Source: Candidatus Binatia bacterium (GTDB lineage: Bacteria; Desulfobacterota; Binatia; HRBIN30). From it: a stretch of 64,000 nt of DNA. The notes beneath the pieces were generated by a model. The model searched no databases and had not been told where the DNA came from. It was given only the letters and a program-made list of their open reading frames with translations. The DNA is taken from assembly GCA_038245295.1 (NCBI GenBank), contig JBBRSP010000014.1, positions 75,464 to 139,463 of the forward strand. Direction: 5' to 3'. Of the stretch, positions 10,530-19,582 are shown one piece after another (the first letter of the stretch is position 1; every line of letters begins with the position of its first letter). Made by a program: the position numbers and the translations under genes.

Positions 10530-11427
10530 GCCCCCTCCCCTCGGTTCCCTGACGGCGCCCGACTCTCATTCAGTCGCGCGCTATTTTGACGAAACGGTGC
10601 GTCTGTACCAGCTTTTCTGGCATGGTCCCACAGGCGCATTACATTTCGGCATGCGCGGCGAGGAAGCCACCAATCACTATGAAGAGTTGTGGAACACCAA
10701 CCGGGTCGTGGCCGACTTCGTCGGCATCTCGCCGGGGGAGCGCGTCCTCGATGCCGGCTGCGGTATCGGTGGCAGTGCCTTGTGGTTGGCCCAGCAGCGG
10801 CAAGCCGCCGTAGTCGGTGTCACGCTGAGCGAGTCGCAGCTCCGCGTCGCCCAGCAAGCGGTGCGACAGCAGGCGATGACGGCGCGCGTCGAGTTCCTCC
10901 GGCGCGACTACGTCAACACGCAGTTGCCGGATCGATCCTTCGACGTCGTTTGGGCGCTCGAAAGCGCGTGCTACGCCGCCGACAAGCACGCCCTGTTACG
11001 CGAGGCATACCGGGTTTTGCGACCCGGCGGCCGTCTGGTCGTGGCAGACGGCTTTCTGAAAAGTGCCCCCCGGGGACACATCGAGGCCCGCCTGTTCGAT
11101 TCGTTCACGCGCGGGCTGGTCCTGCCTGTTTTGCCGACCGTCGACTTCTTCCAAGAAGCGATGGCCGAGTGCGGGTTCAGCTCGGTCACGACACAAAACC
11201 ATGACGATGACGTGCGCGGCTCCTGCAACCGCCTGTTCTGGCGCTGCCTACTTACCTACCCGATGGCTAGGCTGGCACACACGCTGGGCCGGGTGTCGCG
11301 CTTACAACTGGCGAACAGCCGTGCCGGTATCGCCGCCGCCTCGCTCCTGCGCACGGGCGTGCTCGAGTATGCGCTGATCAAGGGCGTCAAGGATGTGGCC
11401 CCAGGTCCGAGCCGCGCCGGAGTCTGA
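10528..11427 (+). CDS. Class I SAM-dependent methyltransferase (tocopherol/sterol C-methyltransferase-like); start uncertain
   Basis: LHFG, VLDAGCGIGG, FDVVWALES and RVLRPGG motifs. Confidence 0.88.
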   Translation: MPPPLGSLTAPDSHSVARYFDETVRLYQLFWHGPTGALHFGMRGEEATNHYEELWNTNRVVADFVGISPGERVLDAGCGIGGSALWLAQQRQAAVVGVTLSESQLRVAQQAVRQQAMTARVEFLRRDYVNTQLPDRSFDVVWALESACYAADKHALLREAYRVLRPGGRLVVADGFLKSAPRGHIEARLFDSFTRGLVLPVLPTVDFFQEAMAECGFSSVTTQNHDDDVRGSCNRLFWRCLLTYPMARLAHTLGRVSRLQLANSRAGIAAASLLRTGVLEYALIKGVKDVAPGPSRAGV

Positions 11428-11443
11428 AGACAACCGCGTGGTG

Positions 11444-12022
11444 CTACGGCTGTAACAAGCGCATCACCCAAGCCTTGCCGCGGCGCAGGAAGACTTCACG
11501 GTGATGCAGTCGCGACTCGCCGCGGGTCCAGAATTCGATGCGCTCGGGCACGACGCGGTAGCCGCTCCATTCGGGCGGCCGCGGCACGTCCTTATCCTCC
11601 ATCAACTTCGTGAAGCCCTTCAAACGAGTCACCAGCGTCTGCCGGTCGTCGATCGGTTGGCTCTGCGCCGAGACAGAACCGGCCAACTGACTACCGCGCG
11701 GCCGCGACTTCCAATAGGCGTCGGCCTCGGCGGCGGTCACCGCCCGCACCCGCCCTTCGACGCGCACTTGGCGACCGAGGATGTCCCAGTAGAAGGCCAA
11801 CGCGGCGCGCTTGTTGTCGGCAAGCTCGCAGCCTTTGCGACTCAGCGTGTTGGTATAGAAGACGAAGCCGGTTTGATCGGCACCCTTGAGCAGCACATAG
11901 CGCACATCCGGGCGCCCAGCGGTGTCGGCTGTGGCCAAGGCCATTGCATCATATTGTGGCGCCCCCGATTTGGCGGCGGCACGGTACCAGCTTTGAAAAC
12001 GACGGATCGGATCGATTGCCAT
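11444..12022 (-). CDS. pdxH: Pyridoxine/pyridoxamine 5'-phosphate oxidase
   Basis: AMALATA, RYVLLK, FYTN..SRKG, RQVRVEG, EFW....RLHHR. Confidence 0.93.
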   Translation of the reverse strand: MAIDPIRRFQSWYRAAAKSGAPQYDAMALATADTAGRPDVRYVLLKGADQTGFVFYTNTLSRKGCELADNKRAALAFYWDILGRQVRVEGRVRAVTAAEADAYWKSRPRGSQLAGSVSAQSQPIDDRQTLVTRLKGFTKLMEDKDVPRPPEWSGYRVVPERIEFWTRGESRLHHREVFLRRGKAWVMRLLQP

Positions 12023-12090
12023 AGGCGGCTCGTACACCGAGCGACCCGCTGAGAGAAGTAGGAGCCGACAATCGTGCGAGTGGCGCCGTC

Positions 12091-13251
12091 CTACGCGGCG
12101 ACGCCGGAAGCGGTCTCTTCCAATTGATCCACCCGCGGACCACGCGTCAGCCACGCCCCCGCCGCCTTGCGTCCGGCCGCCTGCATCGCCGCCAATACCG
12201 AGCGTTCGAAGTAGAGATACGAACCAGCATTGAAGCATTGTCCATCGCGCGCCGGCCGCACGGCTTCGTACAACTTTACCTCGCGATACCGCCCATCACT
12301 GCCCTCGGCGAGGCGATTGCGATCGAGCAGAAGCTTGCGGTCGACGTTGTACGCGTTCTCCAGGAAACTATCGACGGTGCGCTCGACGGCGCGTCCGAAA
12401 TGGGCAAACGGTGTCGCTTCTTCCTCGGCCGCTTCGGTCACCAGCACCGTAACGATCTCTTCCGCGCCCAGGGCAACGACGGGGGCCAGGGGGGTGTTGA
12501 CGAGAAGGCCGCCGTCCCACAGCAGGTAACCACCGACATTCACCGGTGGGAATAACAACGGGATGCTGCAGCTGGCCAGAACCATATCGACGGTGATGGC
12601 ATCGACGAGGTGGTAGTCGGGCGGCCGGGTCAACGGCGTCTCGGTGGTCACGAAGCGCACGACGCGCCCCGTGTGCGCATCGACGGTGTTGATCGCCAGA
12701 TGCACACCTCGGTTGGGGACCACGACTTCACCGCCGAACGCCTCGACGAGTCGGCCGCGCAGGCTGCTGGTGTCGGCCAGATACGGAACCGCGATTCCCT
12801 CCAGAAGATCACTCACCAACTCGAAGCGCGCGGTCAGCAGATACTCGACAATCAACGCCATGGCACTACCGCGCTCCGGCGGAAAGTGATGGCGGGCACG
12901 CTGTAAGAATGTCGTCCAACGTCGCCCCGGAATGATCGATTGAAGCACCTCACGGCCGGCCAGTCGGAGCAACGTCTGCACGGCGCTCCAGAAGAACCGC
13001 GAGCTCACCACGGCCGGTGGGTCGTCGGCGATGCCATTCCAGAACTCCATCATCTGGCGCGGCGTGTGACCGGCCGCAATGAAGGCGCTGTTGATGGCAC
13101 CGGCCGAGGTGCCCGAGAGAACTGTCGGCCCGTCGGAGAAACGCGGATCGCGCAACAAACGCTCGTAGACGCCGACCTGGAAGGCGCCGCGCGCCCCACC
13201 ACCCGAAAGGACAAGACCTAGTTTGCGATGCCGCCGCTTCGTCGTCGCCAT
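12091..13251 (-). CDS. Patatin-like phospholipase
   Basis: GGGARG, GTSAG nucleophile elbow and DGG motif. Confidence 0.92.
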   Translation of the reverse strand: MATTKRRHRKLGLVLSGGGARGAFQVGVYERLLRDPRFSDGPTVLSGTSAGAINSAFIAAGHTPRQMMEFWNGIADDPPAVVSSRFFWSAVQTLLRLAGREVLQSIIPGRRWTTFLQRARHHFPPERGSAMALIVEYLLTARFELVSDLLEGIAVPYLADTSSLRGRLVEAFGGEVVVPNRGVHLAINTVDAHTGRVVRFVTTETPLTRPPDYHLVDAITVDMVLASCSIPLLFPPVNVGGYLLWDGGLLVNTPLAPVVALGAEEIVTVLVTEAAEEEATPFAHFGRAVERTVDSFLENAYNVDRKLLLDRNRLAEGSDGRYREVKLYEAVRPARDGQCFNAGSYLYFERSVLAAMQAAGRKAAGAWLTRGPRVDQLEETASGVAA

Positions 13252-13423
13252 GGGCTCTCCCTCCCGCAACCACCCCTCAAAGTTCCGCAACAATTCAACG
13301 TCTGGTCACAGTCTCGCGTTTTGCGCCGCTTTTCAACCGAAACCGTGGAGGCAGGATGTTCGGTGTTACGGGCAGCGCCGCGTTCCCGCTCCTAACACCC
13401 CAACCCCTTGGCACTCTAAGACG

Positions 13424-13906
13424 TCACTGCGCCTCTGCCTTGCACAAGATGCCGGCGGCGAGGAAAAACGTGCCGGTCTTGTTCACCGCCATGCTGTAGA
13501 TGTCGGCTTGGCCGGCCGGCTCGACCTTCCCAACGCGCCACGCGTGCGTCGATACACGCTTCTCGTTTTTCTTCTGATCGTCGTATTCGTAGCCTTCGGG
13601 GTAATGATGCGCCGCCTCGAGATCGTCGCCCACCTGGAGATCCGCGGCTCGCACCTCGACCATGCCACGTTTGAAGAGCACCTGGTCGGCACCAACCCGA
13701 AAGCTGGCGCCTGCTTCCAGCGTCACCTTCAGGACAGGCTGCGCTTCGGCAACTTGGCGAGCGTTGATCATGGCGCGGAAACGCACGCGGCCATTCTCCT
13801 CGCGCGTGAATACGGACATCGCCTTGCCGGCAACACCCTTGACGGTCATCGCCCCCTCGGGCGTCTCCACCTTCGTATCGGAAGCCAGCGCACACACACC
13901 ACTCAT
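13424..13906 (-). CDS. Stand-alone, catalytically degenerate intein-like Hint domain protein
   Basis: Block A-like ALASDTKVETPEG, block B-like VLKVTLEAGASFRVGADQVLF, AADLQVGDDL, block F/G-like VEPAGQADIYSMAV...FFLAAGILCKA; GAGGTG RBS. Confidence 0.75.
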   Translation of the reverse strand: MSGVCALASDTKVETPEGAMTVKGVAGKAMSVFTREENGRVRFRAMINARQVAEAQPVLKVTLEAGASFRVGADQVLFKRGMVEVRAADLQVGDDLEAAHHYPEGYEYDDQKKNEKRVSTHAWRVGKVEPAGQADIYSMAVNKTGTFFLAAGILCKAEAQ

Positions 13907-13987
13907 ACGGCACCTCGCAATGCGCGCCGCTTAGCGCGGATACAGAAGTCGGTCTAGCGCCCTGATCGACGTCGCGTCGGCTGAGGT

Positions 13988-14011
13988 CGCAGGCTGAAGC
14001 CTGCGGCTACC
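13988..14011 (-). repeat. GTAG-type REP (GGTAGCCGCAGGCTTCAGCCTGCG)
   Basis: GTAG head plus CGCAGGCT/AGCCTGCG palindrome; near-identical copy at ~32427-32450. Confidence 0.75.
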
Positions 14012-14032
14012 GCCTGGGGAATGCGGCCCGCT

Positions 14033-15241
14033 TCACGCCGACAATCGAGCAATCAACGCCGGACGTTTCATCAACGCACGCCAGGCAGTCTCGACCTCGG
14101 CTTTCGAGAGACTGCGGACGATACGTTCGATCTCTTCGGGCGGGGGCACACCGAGCAGTGTGTTTTCGGCGAGAGCCAGGGCACGATCGAAGCGACTGTG
14201 CGCCAGCGACGCATACCGGTAGCGCAACTTCTTGCGGCCGCGCTCGATCTCGTCCGGCGTGAAACCATCGCGGGCGGCGTGTTCACAAACATCCGTGATT
14301 GCACCCTCCAGACGCGCCAACGAACGGTGCGCGGCGCTGGCCGAAATCGTCACCACCGCCCAGTCGGGGCCCCAATCCAGATGGGCTCCGACTTCGTAGC
14401 CGAGACCGAGACGTTCGCGGATTTCCTGGAAGAGGCGACTATCCGGATCGGCGCCGACCAGATCGAGGGCCACGCCGGCGGCGGCGATTTGCCGCGGTAT
14501 CGGGGTCACGGGCATCATACGCAGGATGAATCCCTGTCCACCGTCGTCGCGCACACGCACCGGTCGCACCGCGTGACCATACTGCACTTTGCGTGGCTTT
14601 GGCGGCTCCAACGAGCTCTTGTGCGAGAAGCTGCGTTTTACGGCACCCTTGGCCGCCTCAAACTCGACGCCACCAACCAGCGACAAGACGCTGCGCCCAT
14701 GTGTGAAGTGTGTTGCGATGAAGGCGGCCACATCCGCGGCCTGCATTTGCCGCAGGCTCTGCATGCTGCCCCAGACGGGATGGGCCAATGGGCCGCTGAA
14801 GAAGTTGCACCAGGCACGTTGGTGTAGGCGTTCAATCGGATCGTCGATGCGACCGCGCGCTTCGTCCATGACGACGTGCCGCTCCTTGCGGAAGCGCCTC
14901 TCGTCGACCTGGCTGTGATAAAACTGCTCGGCCAACAACTCGAGCGCGTCGCCAACGTCTTCATTGAAGACTTCGAAGGTCAACGAGATGTTCTCGTAGC
15001 CGGTGTCGGCATTGTGCTCGCCGCCCAGCTCGGCAGCGCGACGATTGAGAGCCACCTGATCGAAAAGACGGGTTCCCTGGAACAGCATGTGTTCCGACAT
15101 GTGGGCGATCCCGGGGAAGCGCTCGTCGAAGCGGGCTCCGGCGCGAATGGAAAGAGCAATGGCGGTAAGTGGTCCGGGCATCTGCTGATGGACGACGCGC
15201 AATCCACGCTGCGAGAACCGGCGGACGGTGTTTGAAATCAT
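14033..15241 (-). CDS. M16 family (pitrilysin-like) zinc metallopeptidase
   Basis: GIAHMSEH (HxxEH), NADT, SRLFQEIRERLGL. Confidence 0.92.
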   Translation of the reverse strand: MISNTVRRFSQRGLRVVHQQMPGPLTAIALSIRAGARFDERFPGIAHMSEHMLFQGTRLFDQVALNRRAAELGGEHNADTGYENISLTFEVFNEDVGDALELLAEQFYHSQVDERRFRKERHVVMDEARGRIDDPIERLHQRAWCNFFSGPLAHPVWGSMQSLRQMQAADVAAFIATHFTHGRSVLSLVGGVEFEAAKGAVKRSFSHKSSLEPPKPRKVQYGHAVRPVRVRDDGGQGFILRMMPVTPIPRQIAAAGVALDLVGADPDSRLFQEIRERLGLGYEVGAHLDWGPDWAVVTISASAAHRSLARLEGAITDVCEHAARDGFTPDEIERGRKKLRYRYASLAHSRFDRALALAENTLLGVPPPEEIERIVRSLSKAEVETAWRALMKRPALIARLSA

Positions 15242-15325
15242 TGGGGTCGGCGATTAGCGGCGCGGCGCAGGGGGGGCAACGTTTGACGACCGGCAATCGG
15301 CTCGGGCCGTTCGCCCGCGCCGGCT

Positions 15326-15928
15326 TCAGGTTGCGTCGGCTTCGACGAAAGCGACGGCGCCTTCGAAGTCGGCAGCGGTGATTGCACCGTCGTCGCGCAG
15401 TTGGCGCAGCAGCGGGCGGATCTTGATGACGCTGTGCAGACGCAGACCCGCTTGCTCGATGACACGGGCTCCCGACTGTTCGCGATCGACCACAACGACG
15501 ATGTCGCTCACCACCAGACCCGCTTCGCGCAGCGGCTGCAAAGCCTCGATCTTGGCGCCGCCGGTGGTGATGACGTCGTCGACAACCAGCGCGCGGGCGC
15601 CGGGTTCGAAGACTCCTTCCACCAGCTTACGTGTGCCGTAGGCCTTCGCCTCTTTGCGCGGGTAGACGAGCGGCTTGCCGCCGGCCAGCGACATCGCGAC
15701 CGCCAACGGCAGGCCGGCGTACGGAATGCCGGCAACACAGTCGTACGCGACGTCGCGCGTCGTCTCGAGCATGGCGCGGGCCACCTGATCGAGCACTGCG
15801 GGGTGGGCGATGACGACACGCAAGTCGACGTAGATCGGCGAGTGGCGCCCGTCCTTGAGAACGAAGTCGCCAAACTTTACCGCGCCGATGCGATGTAGAG
15901 AACGCGCTACGTCGATCGCCAAGCTCAC
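15326..15928 (-). CDS. pyrE: Orotate phosphoribosyltransferase
   Basis: FGDFVLKDG.HSPIYVDLR, RKEAKAYG and PRPP-binding VVDDVITTGG. Confidence 0.94.
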   Translation of the reverse strand: MSLAIDVARSLHRIGAVKFGDFVLKDGRHSPIYVDLRVVIAHPAVLDQVARAMLETTRDVAYDCVAGIPYAGLPLAVAMSLAGGKPLVYPRKEAKAYGTRKLVEGVFEPGARALVVDDVITTGGAKIEALQPLREAGLVVSDIVVVVDREQSGARVIEQAGLRLHSVIKIRPLLRQLRDDGAITAADFEGAVAFVEADAT

Positions 15929-17661
15929 TCAAGCCCTCGCGAACGACGCCGTAGCAACAGCAACGCGGCCGGCAACAAGAGCGCCGACCAGGCCGACTGG
16001 CCGGTAGCCGCGCCGGTCACCGGATCCACCACGCAACCGCAGCCGCCGCCACCGCCGCCGCTATGGCTCACTGCCGTCGCCACCGGGGTAGGAACGGTAG
16101 TACCGGTTCGCGTGCGGGTTGGGAGTGCTGTGAAGCTCGGCATGATAGTCGGCGTGAATGTTGCCGCCGACGTGTGAGTCGGCGCTGGCGGCGTTTGCGT
16201 CGGCGACGGGGACGTCTGGCCTGTCGGTGTCGATGTCGGACGAGACGTTTGTGAAGGCGTCGGGGTCACCGTCGCGTCCTCCGGAGTGGGTGTTTCCGTG
16301 GGCGTCGGCGTCGGCGTCGGGCTCATCAACAGCGGCTTTGTCCCGAGTGGGTTATCCGTGATGTAGACGTCGACTTGATTGTCCTGATCATCCGGGATCA
16401 GACGCCCGGCGGCTTGGAACACGACGCGCAGGCCGTCGCCACTGATCTGTGGATTGTTGCTGTCGGCCGTGACTTCCTGGCCGCCGGCATCGACGCTGAC
16501 GCGCCGCACCTCGCCGTCGTTAAGATCGACAACGAACACATCGACATGGCCGTTGCCGTCGCCGGCGATGAGGTTGTTGGCTTGCGATTCGAAGACGACG
16601 AAACGGCCGTCGGCACTGATACTGACAGCACCACTCACACCGTTGCCGCGCTCGCCCGATTGATTCTTCGACAACAAAAACGTCTCGCCGGTGTCGCGGC
16701 GATGGACATAGACATCGGTCCCGGAGTCGTCGTCGGCCGCATCGAGATTCGTCGCATTGGAGAGGAACGCAACAACGTTCCCGTCGGCGCTGACGGCCGG
16801 CGCGTTGATACCGGCGCTGCTCGACGCATTCGCCTGGCTACCGTCGGTCGCCACACTCACACGCTGAATCTCGCCGCTACAGCGATTACGCACAAAGACG
16901 TCGCGGCGCTCGTTGGTATCGGCAGGGACGAGATTGCCGGCGTCCGAGTAGAAGGCCACGATGCAACCGTCGGCGCTAATGGACGGTCCGCCACTCGGGC
17001 CGTCGGCGGTGCCGATGGTGGGCGAGCCAAGGCTCGTCAGCGTCAGCACTTCGGTCTGCTGAGTTGTCTGATCGTAGACGAAGATGTCGCTGACGTGATT
17101 GACGTCGCTGAGGTCGAGGCGGTCGGCCTCCGACACGTAGGCGACGAAACGGCCGTCCTGGCTGAGCGCCGACGGCAAATCCGGCACGGCGCCGCCGCCG
17201 AAGCCGTCCTGGCTGAGCGAAAGCTCGGACGTCACGCTCAGGCCGCGGTCGAAGACGAATACGTCGGGGCGCGTGTTGAAGTCACCCTGTACGATGTTGG
17301 ACGCCGCCGACCCGTAGGCGATGGTGCCACCATCGGCGCTGATCGACGGCGGGAAGCTGCTGTCGTTCGGATCGCGGCCGGTGGCCGAGATACTCACACG
17401 ATCGGTGGCCAGGGTCAGGGTGTCGGTGAGGAACACGTCCACCAGTTCGTTCAGGTCGCCGGAAACCAGGTTGGAGGCAGCCGACTGAAAAACCACCAGG
17501 GTGCCGTCGGCGTTGGTGTGCGGGTTCAAACTGCGCCCGTTGGGAGCCGTGCCACCGAGACGCTTGAGCCCTTCCGCTGCCGCCGGCGACGTCAGCGCCA
17601 AGGTGACAGCCGCGAGGCAAGTAAACGATTTGATCCGATCAACCCGGCTCGACAGCATCAT
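15925..17661 (-). CDS. Secreted TolB/PD40-type beta-propeller protein with Pro/Thr linker and C-terminal MYXO-CTERM-like (GCxC-TM-RRR) anchor
   Basis: Signal peptide; repeated ISADG..VAF.S.A.NLV..D.N...DVF; PTPTPT tract; GGGGGGCGC...LLLPAALLLLRRR; GGAGG RBS. Confidence 0.85.
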   Translation of the reverse strand: MMLSSRVDRIKSFTCLAAVTLALTSPAAAEGLKRLGGTAPNGRSLNPHTNADGTLVVFQSAASNLVSGDLNELVDVFLTDTLTLATDRVSISATGRDPNDSSFPPSISADGGTIAYGSAASNIVQGDFNTRPDVFVFDRGLSVTSELSLSQDGFGGGAVPDLPSALSQDGRFVAYVSEADRLDLSDVNHVSDIFVYDQTTQQTEVLTLTSLGSPTIGTADGPSGGPSISADGCIVAFYSDAGNLVPADTNERRDVFVRNRCSGEIQRVSVATDGSQANASSSAGINAPAVSADGNVVAFLSNATNLDAADDDSGTDVYVHRRDTGETFLLSKNQSGERGNGVSGAVSISADGRFVVFESQANNLIAGDGNGHVDVFVVDLNDGEVRRVSVDAGGQEVTADSNNPQISGDGLRVVFQAAGRLIPDDQDNQVDVYITDNPLGTKPLLMSPTPTPTPTETPTPEDATVTPTPSQTSRPTSTPTGQTSPSPTQTPPAPTHTSAATFTPTIMPSFTALPTRTRTGTTVPTPVATAVSHSGGGGGGCGCVVDPVTGAATGQSAWSALLLPAALLLLRRRSRGLE

Positions 17662-17760
17662 CCGTGGTCTCCTCCCCTGCTCTGGCGCGCTCGCATAGCA
17701 CGGCGGCGCCAAAGGCAACAGCAAGAACACGCCGTTGCATCCTCGCAAAACCTCAGCTTT

Positions 17761-18714
17761 ATGACGTACTTCATGACGGACTCGCCAACGGCAATCAGCG
17801 TAGACAACCTGACGCATCGTTATGCCGAGCGGGTTGCCCTCGACAACGTTTCCTTCAAGGTTCGCCGCGGTGAAATGTTCGGCCTGCTCGGGCCGAACGG
17901 CGGCGGCAAGACAACCCTCTTCAAGATCCTATCGACCCTGATGATGGCCAGCTCCGGTGAGGCTCAGATTCTCGACGCGCCGTTGTCGCAGCCGGCGCGT
18001 GTGCGCGAGCATCTTGGCGTCGTGTTCCAACAACCGAGCATCGACGGCAAACTCACCGTGCGCGAGAACTTGTGGTGCCATGGATACCTTTACGGACTCC
18101 AGGGCGCCGAGCTGAAGCGGCGCAGCGCGCTGCTGCTGACGCAGCTTGGGTTGAGCGATCGCGTCGACGACATGGTTGACACCCTGTCGGGCGGCCTGCA
18201 ACGCCGCGCCGAGCTGGCCAAGTCACTGCTGCATCAACCACCGGTGCTGTTGCTGGACGAGCCATCGACCGGGCTCGATCCTGGGGCACGGCGCGACTTC
18301 ATGCACTACCTGCAACGCTTGCGCGATGAGCAAGGCGTCACGATCGTGCTCACGACTCATTACATGGAAGAGGCGGAGCGCTGCGACCACGTTGCGATCT
18401 TGCACCAGGGCAAGTTGGTCAAAGTGGCCAGCCCCGAAGAGTTGAAGGCCAGCGTTGGTGGCGACATCGTGGCCGTGCAGGCGACCGACCCCGAAGCCCT
18501 CGCCGTCAAGATCGAACAACGCTTCGGTTGTACGGTGCAACGCGTCGACGGGGCGTTGCGCATCGAACGCAAGGCCGGCCATGAGCTGGTACGTGATCTG
18601 GTCGATGCGTTTCCCACCGAGATCGTGTCGATCACCTACGGCAAACCAACGCTCGAGGATGTATTTATCAGCCTGACCGGCCATCGCTTCTGGGCTGCCG
18701 AGGAGAACTCCTGA
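17761..18714 (+). CDS. ABC transporter ATP-binding subunit (ABC-2/DrrA-like)
   Basis: GPNGGGKT, LSGG, LLLDEP and TTHY; start at ATG 17761 or 17773. Confidence 0.95.
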   Translation: MTYFMTDSPTAISVDNLTHRYAERVALDNVSFKVRRGEMFGLLGPNGGGKTTLFKILSTLMMASSGEAQILDAPLSQPARVREHLGVVFQQPSIDGKLTVRENLWCHGYLYGLQGAELKRRSALLLTQLGLSDRVDDMVDTLSGGLQRRAELAKSLLHQPPVLLLDEPSTGLDPGARRDFMHYLQRLRDEQGVTIVLTTHYMEEAERCDHVAILHQGKLVKVASPEELKASVGGDIVAVQATDPEALAVKIEQRFGCTVQRVDGALRIERKAGHELVRDLVDAFPTEIVSITYGKPTLEDVFISLTGHRFWAAEENS

Positions 18715-19490
18715 TGCCGCGCGTTATGTTGCCGGTCATTGCCCTCTGGAAGCGCGAGATGTTGCGCTTCGTACGCCAGCGCAGTCGCATCTTCGGAGCT
18801 TTCGCGCAGCCCCTGCTTTTCTGGGTGCTGCTTGGAAGCGGTTTCAACGCTTCCTTCCGCCCAGCCGGCGCTGGGAGCGGAAGCTCGTACTCAACCTATT
18901 TCTATCCCGGCACCATCGCCATGGTGCTGCTGTTCACGGCAATCTTCTCGACCATCTCGACTGTCGAAGACCGCAAGGCCGGCTTCCTTCAGGGAGTGTT
19001 GGTGTCGCCGGTGCCGCGATGGGCCGTGGTGCTTGGACAGGTCATGGGCGGCACCACGCTAGCCGTCGTCCAAGGCATCCTGTTTCTTCTGCTGGCGCCG
19101 ATCGCCGGAGTGACCCTGACACTCCCGGGTGTCATCCTGAGTATCATCGTCATGAAGTTGATTGCCCTGGCGCTGACGAGCCTGGGCTTGATCATCGCCT
19201 GGCGCATGGAATCTACGCAGGGCTTCCACGCCATCATGAATCTGATCTTGTTGCCGATCTGGTTCCTCTCCGGCGCCTTCTTCCCGGCAGCCGGGGCTCC
19301 GGCGCCCATGCGCTTGGTGATGAACCTCAACCCGCTCACCTACGGTGTCGCGGCGCTGCGCCGCGCCCTTTATTGGGGAACCGACACCGACCTCAGCAAC
19401 GTCGCGGCGTTTGGACCGTCGGTGGTGATCACGATCATCTTCTGCATCGTCACCTTTGCAATCGCCGTACGCACCGCCGAGCGGCGCTGA
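18714..19490 (+). CDS. ABC-2 type transporter permease
   Basis: Six hydrophobic segments, FLSGAFFP and NPLTYGV; overlaps the ATPase stop codon. Confidence 0.93.
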   Translation: MPRVMLPVIALWKREMLRFVRQRSRIFGAFAQPLLFWVLLGSGFNASFRPAGAGSGSSYSTYFYPGTIAMVLLFTAIFSTISTVEDRKAGFLQGVLVSPVPRWAVVLGQVMGGTTLAVVQGILFLLLAPIAGVTLTLPGVILSIIVMKLIALALTSLGLIIAWRMESTQGFHAIMNLILLPIWFLSGAFFPAAGAPAPMRLVMNLNPLTYGVAALRRALYWGTDTDLSNVAAFGPSVVITIIFCIVTFAIAVRTAERR

Positions 19491-19582
19491 CAACTTTCCA
19501 ATTCAAACGGCGCTCAGGTGCCGCCGTCAATCCGTCCACCGGGCTGAGACGGATGGGTTCTGCTGCGTGTGGCCCTTTGCCT

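Noticed and set aside
13424..13906. Active intein or split-intein half
   Set aside because: Both N- and C-terminal blocks are in one ORF, there are no exteins, and the nucleophile, TxxH and terminal Asn are all absent.
16375..17760. 460-codon N-terminal extension of the ABC ATPase ORF (779 aa in the track)
   Set aside because: It is the antisense shadow of the beta-propeller gene; ABC similarity starts only at ~17761.
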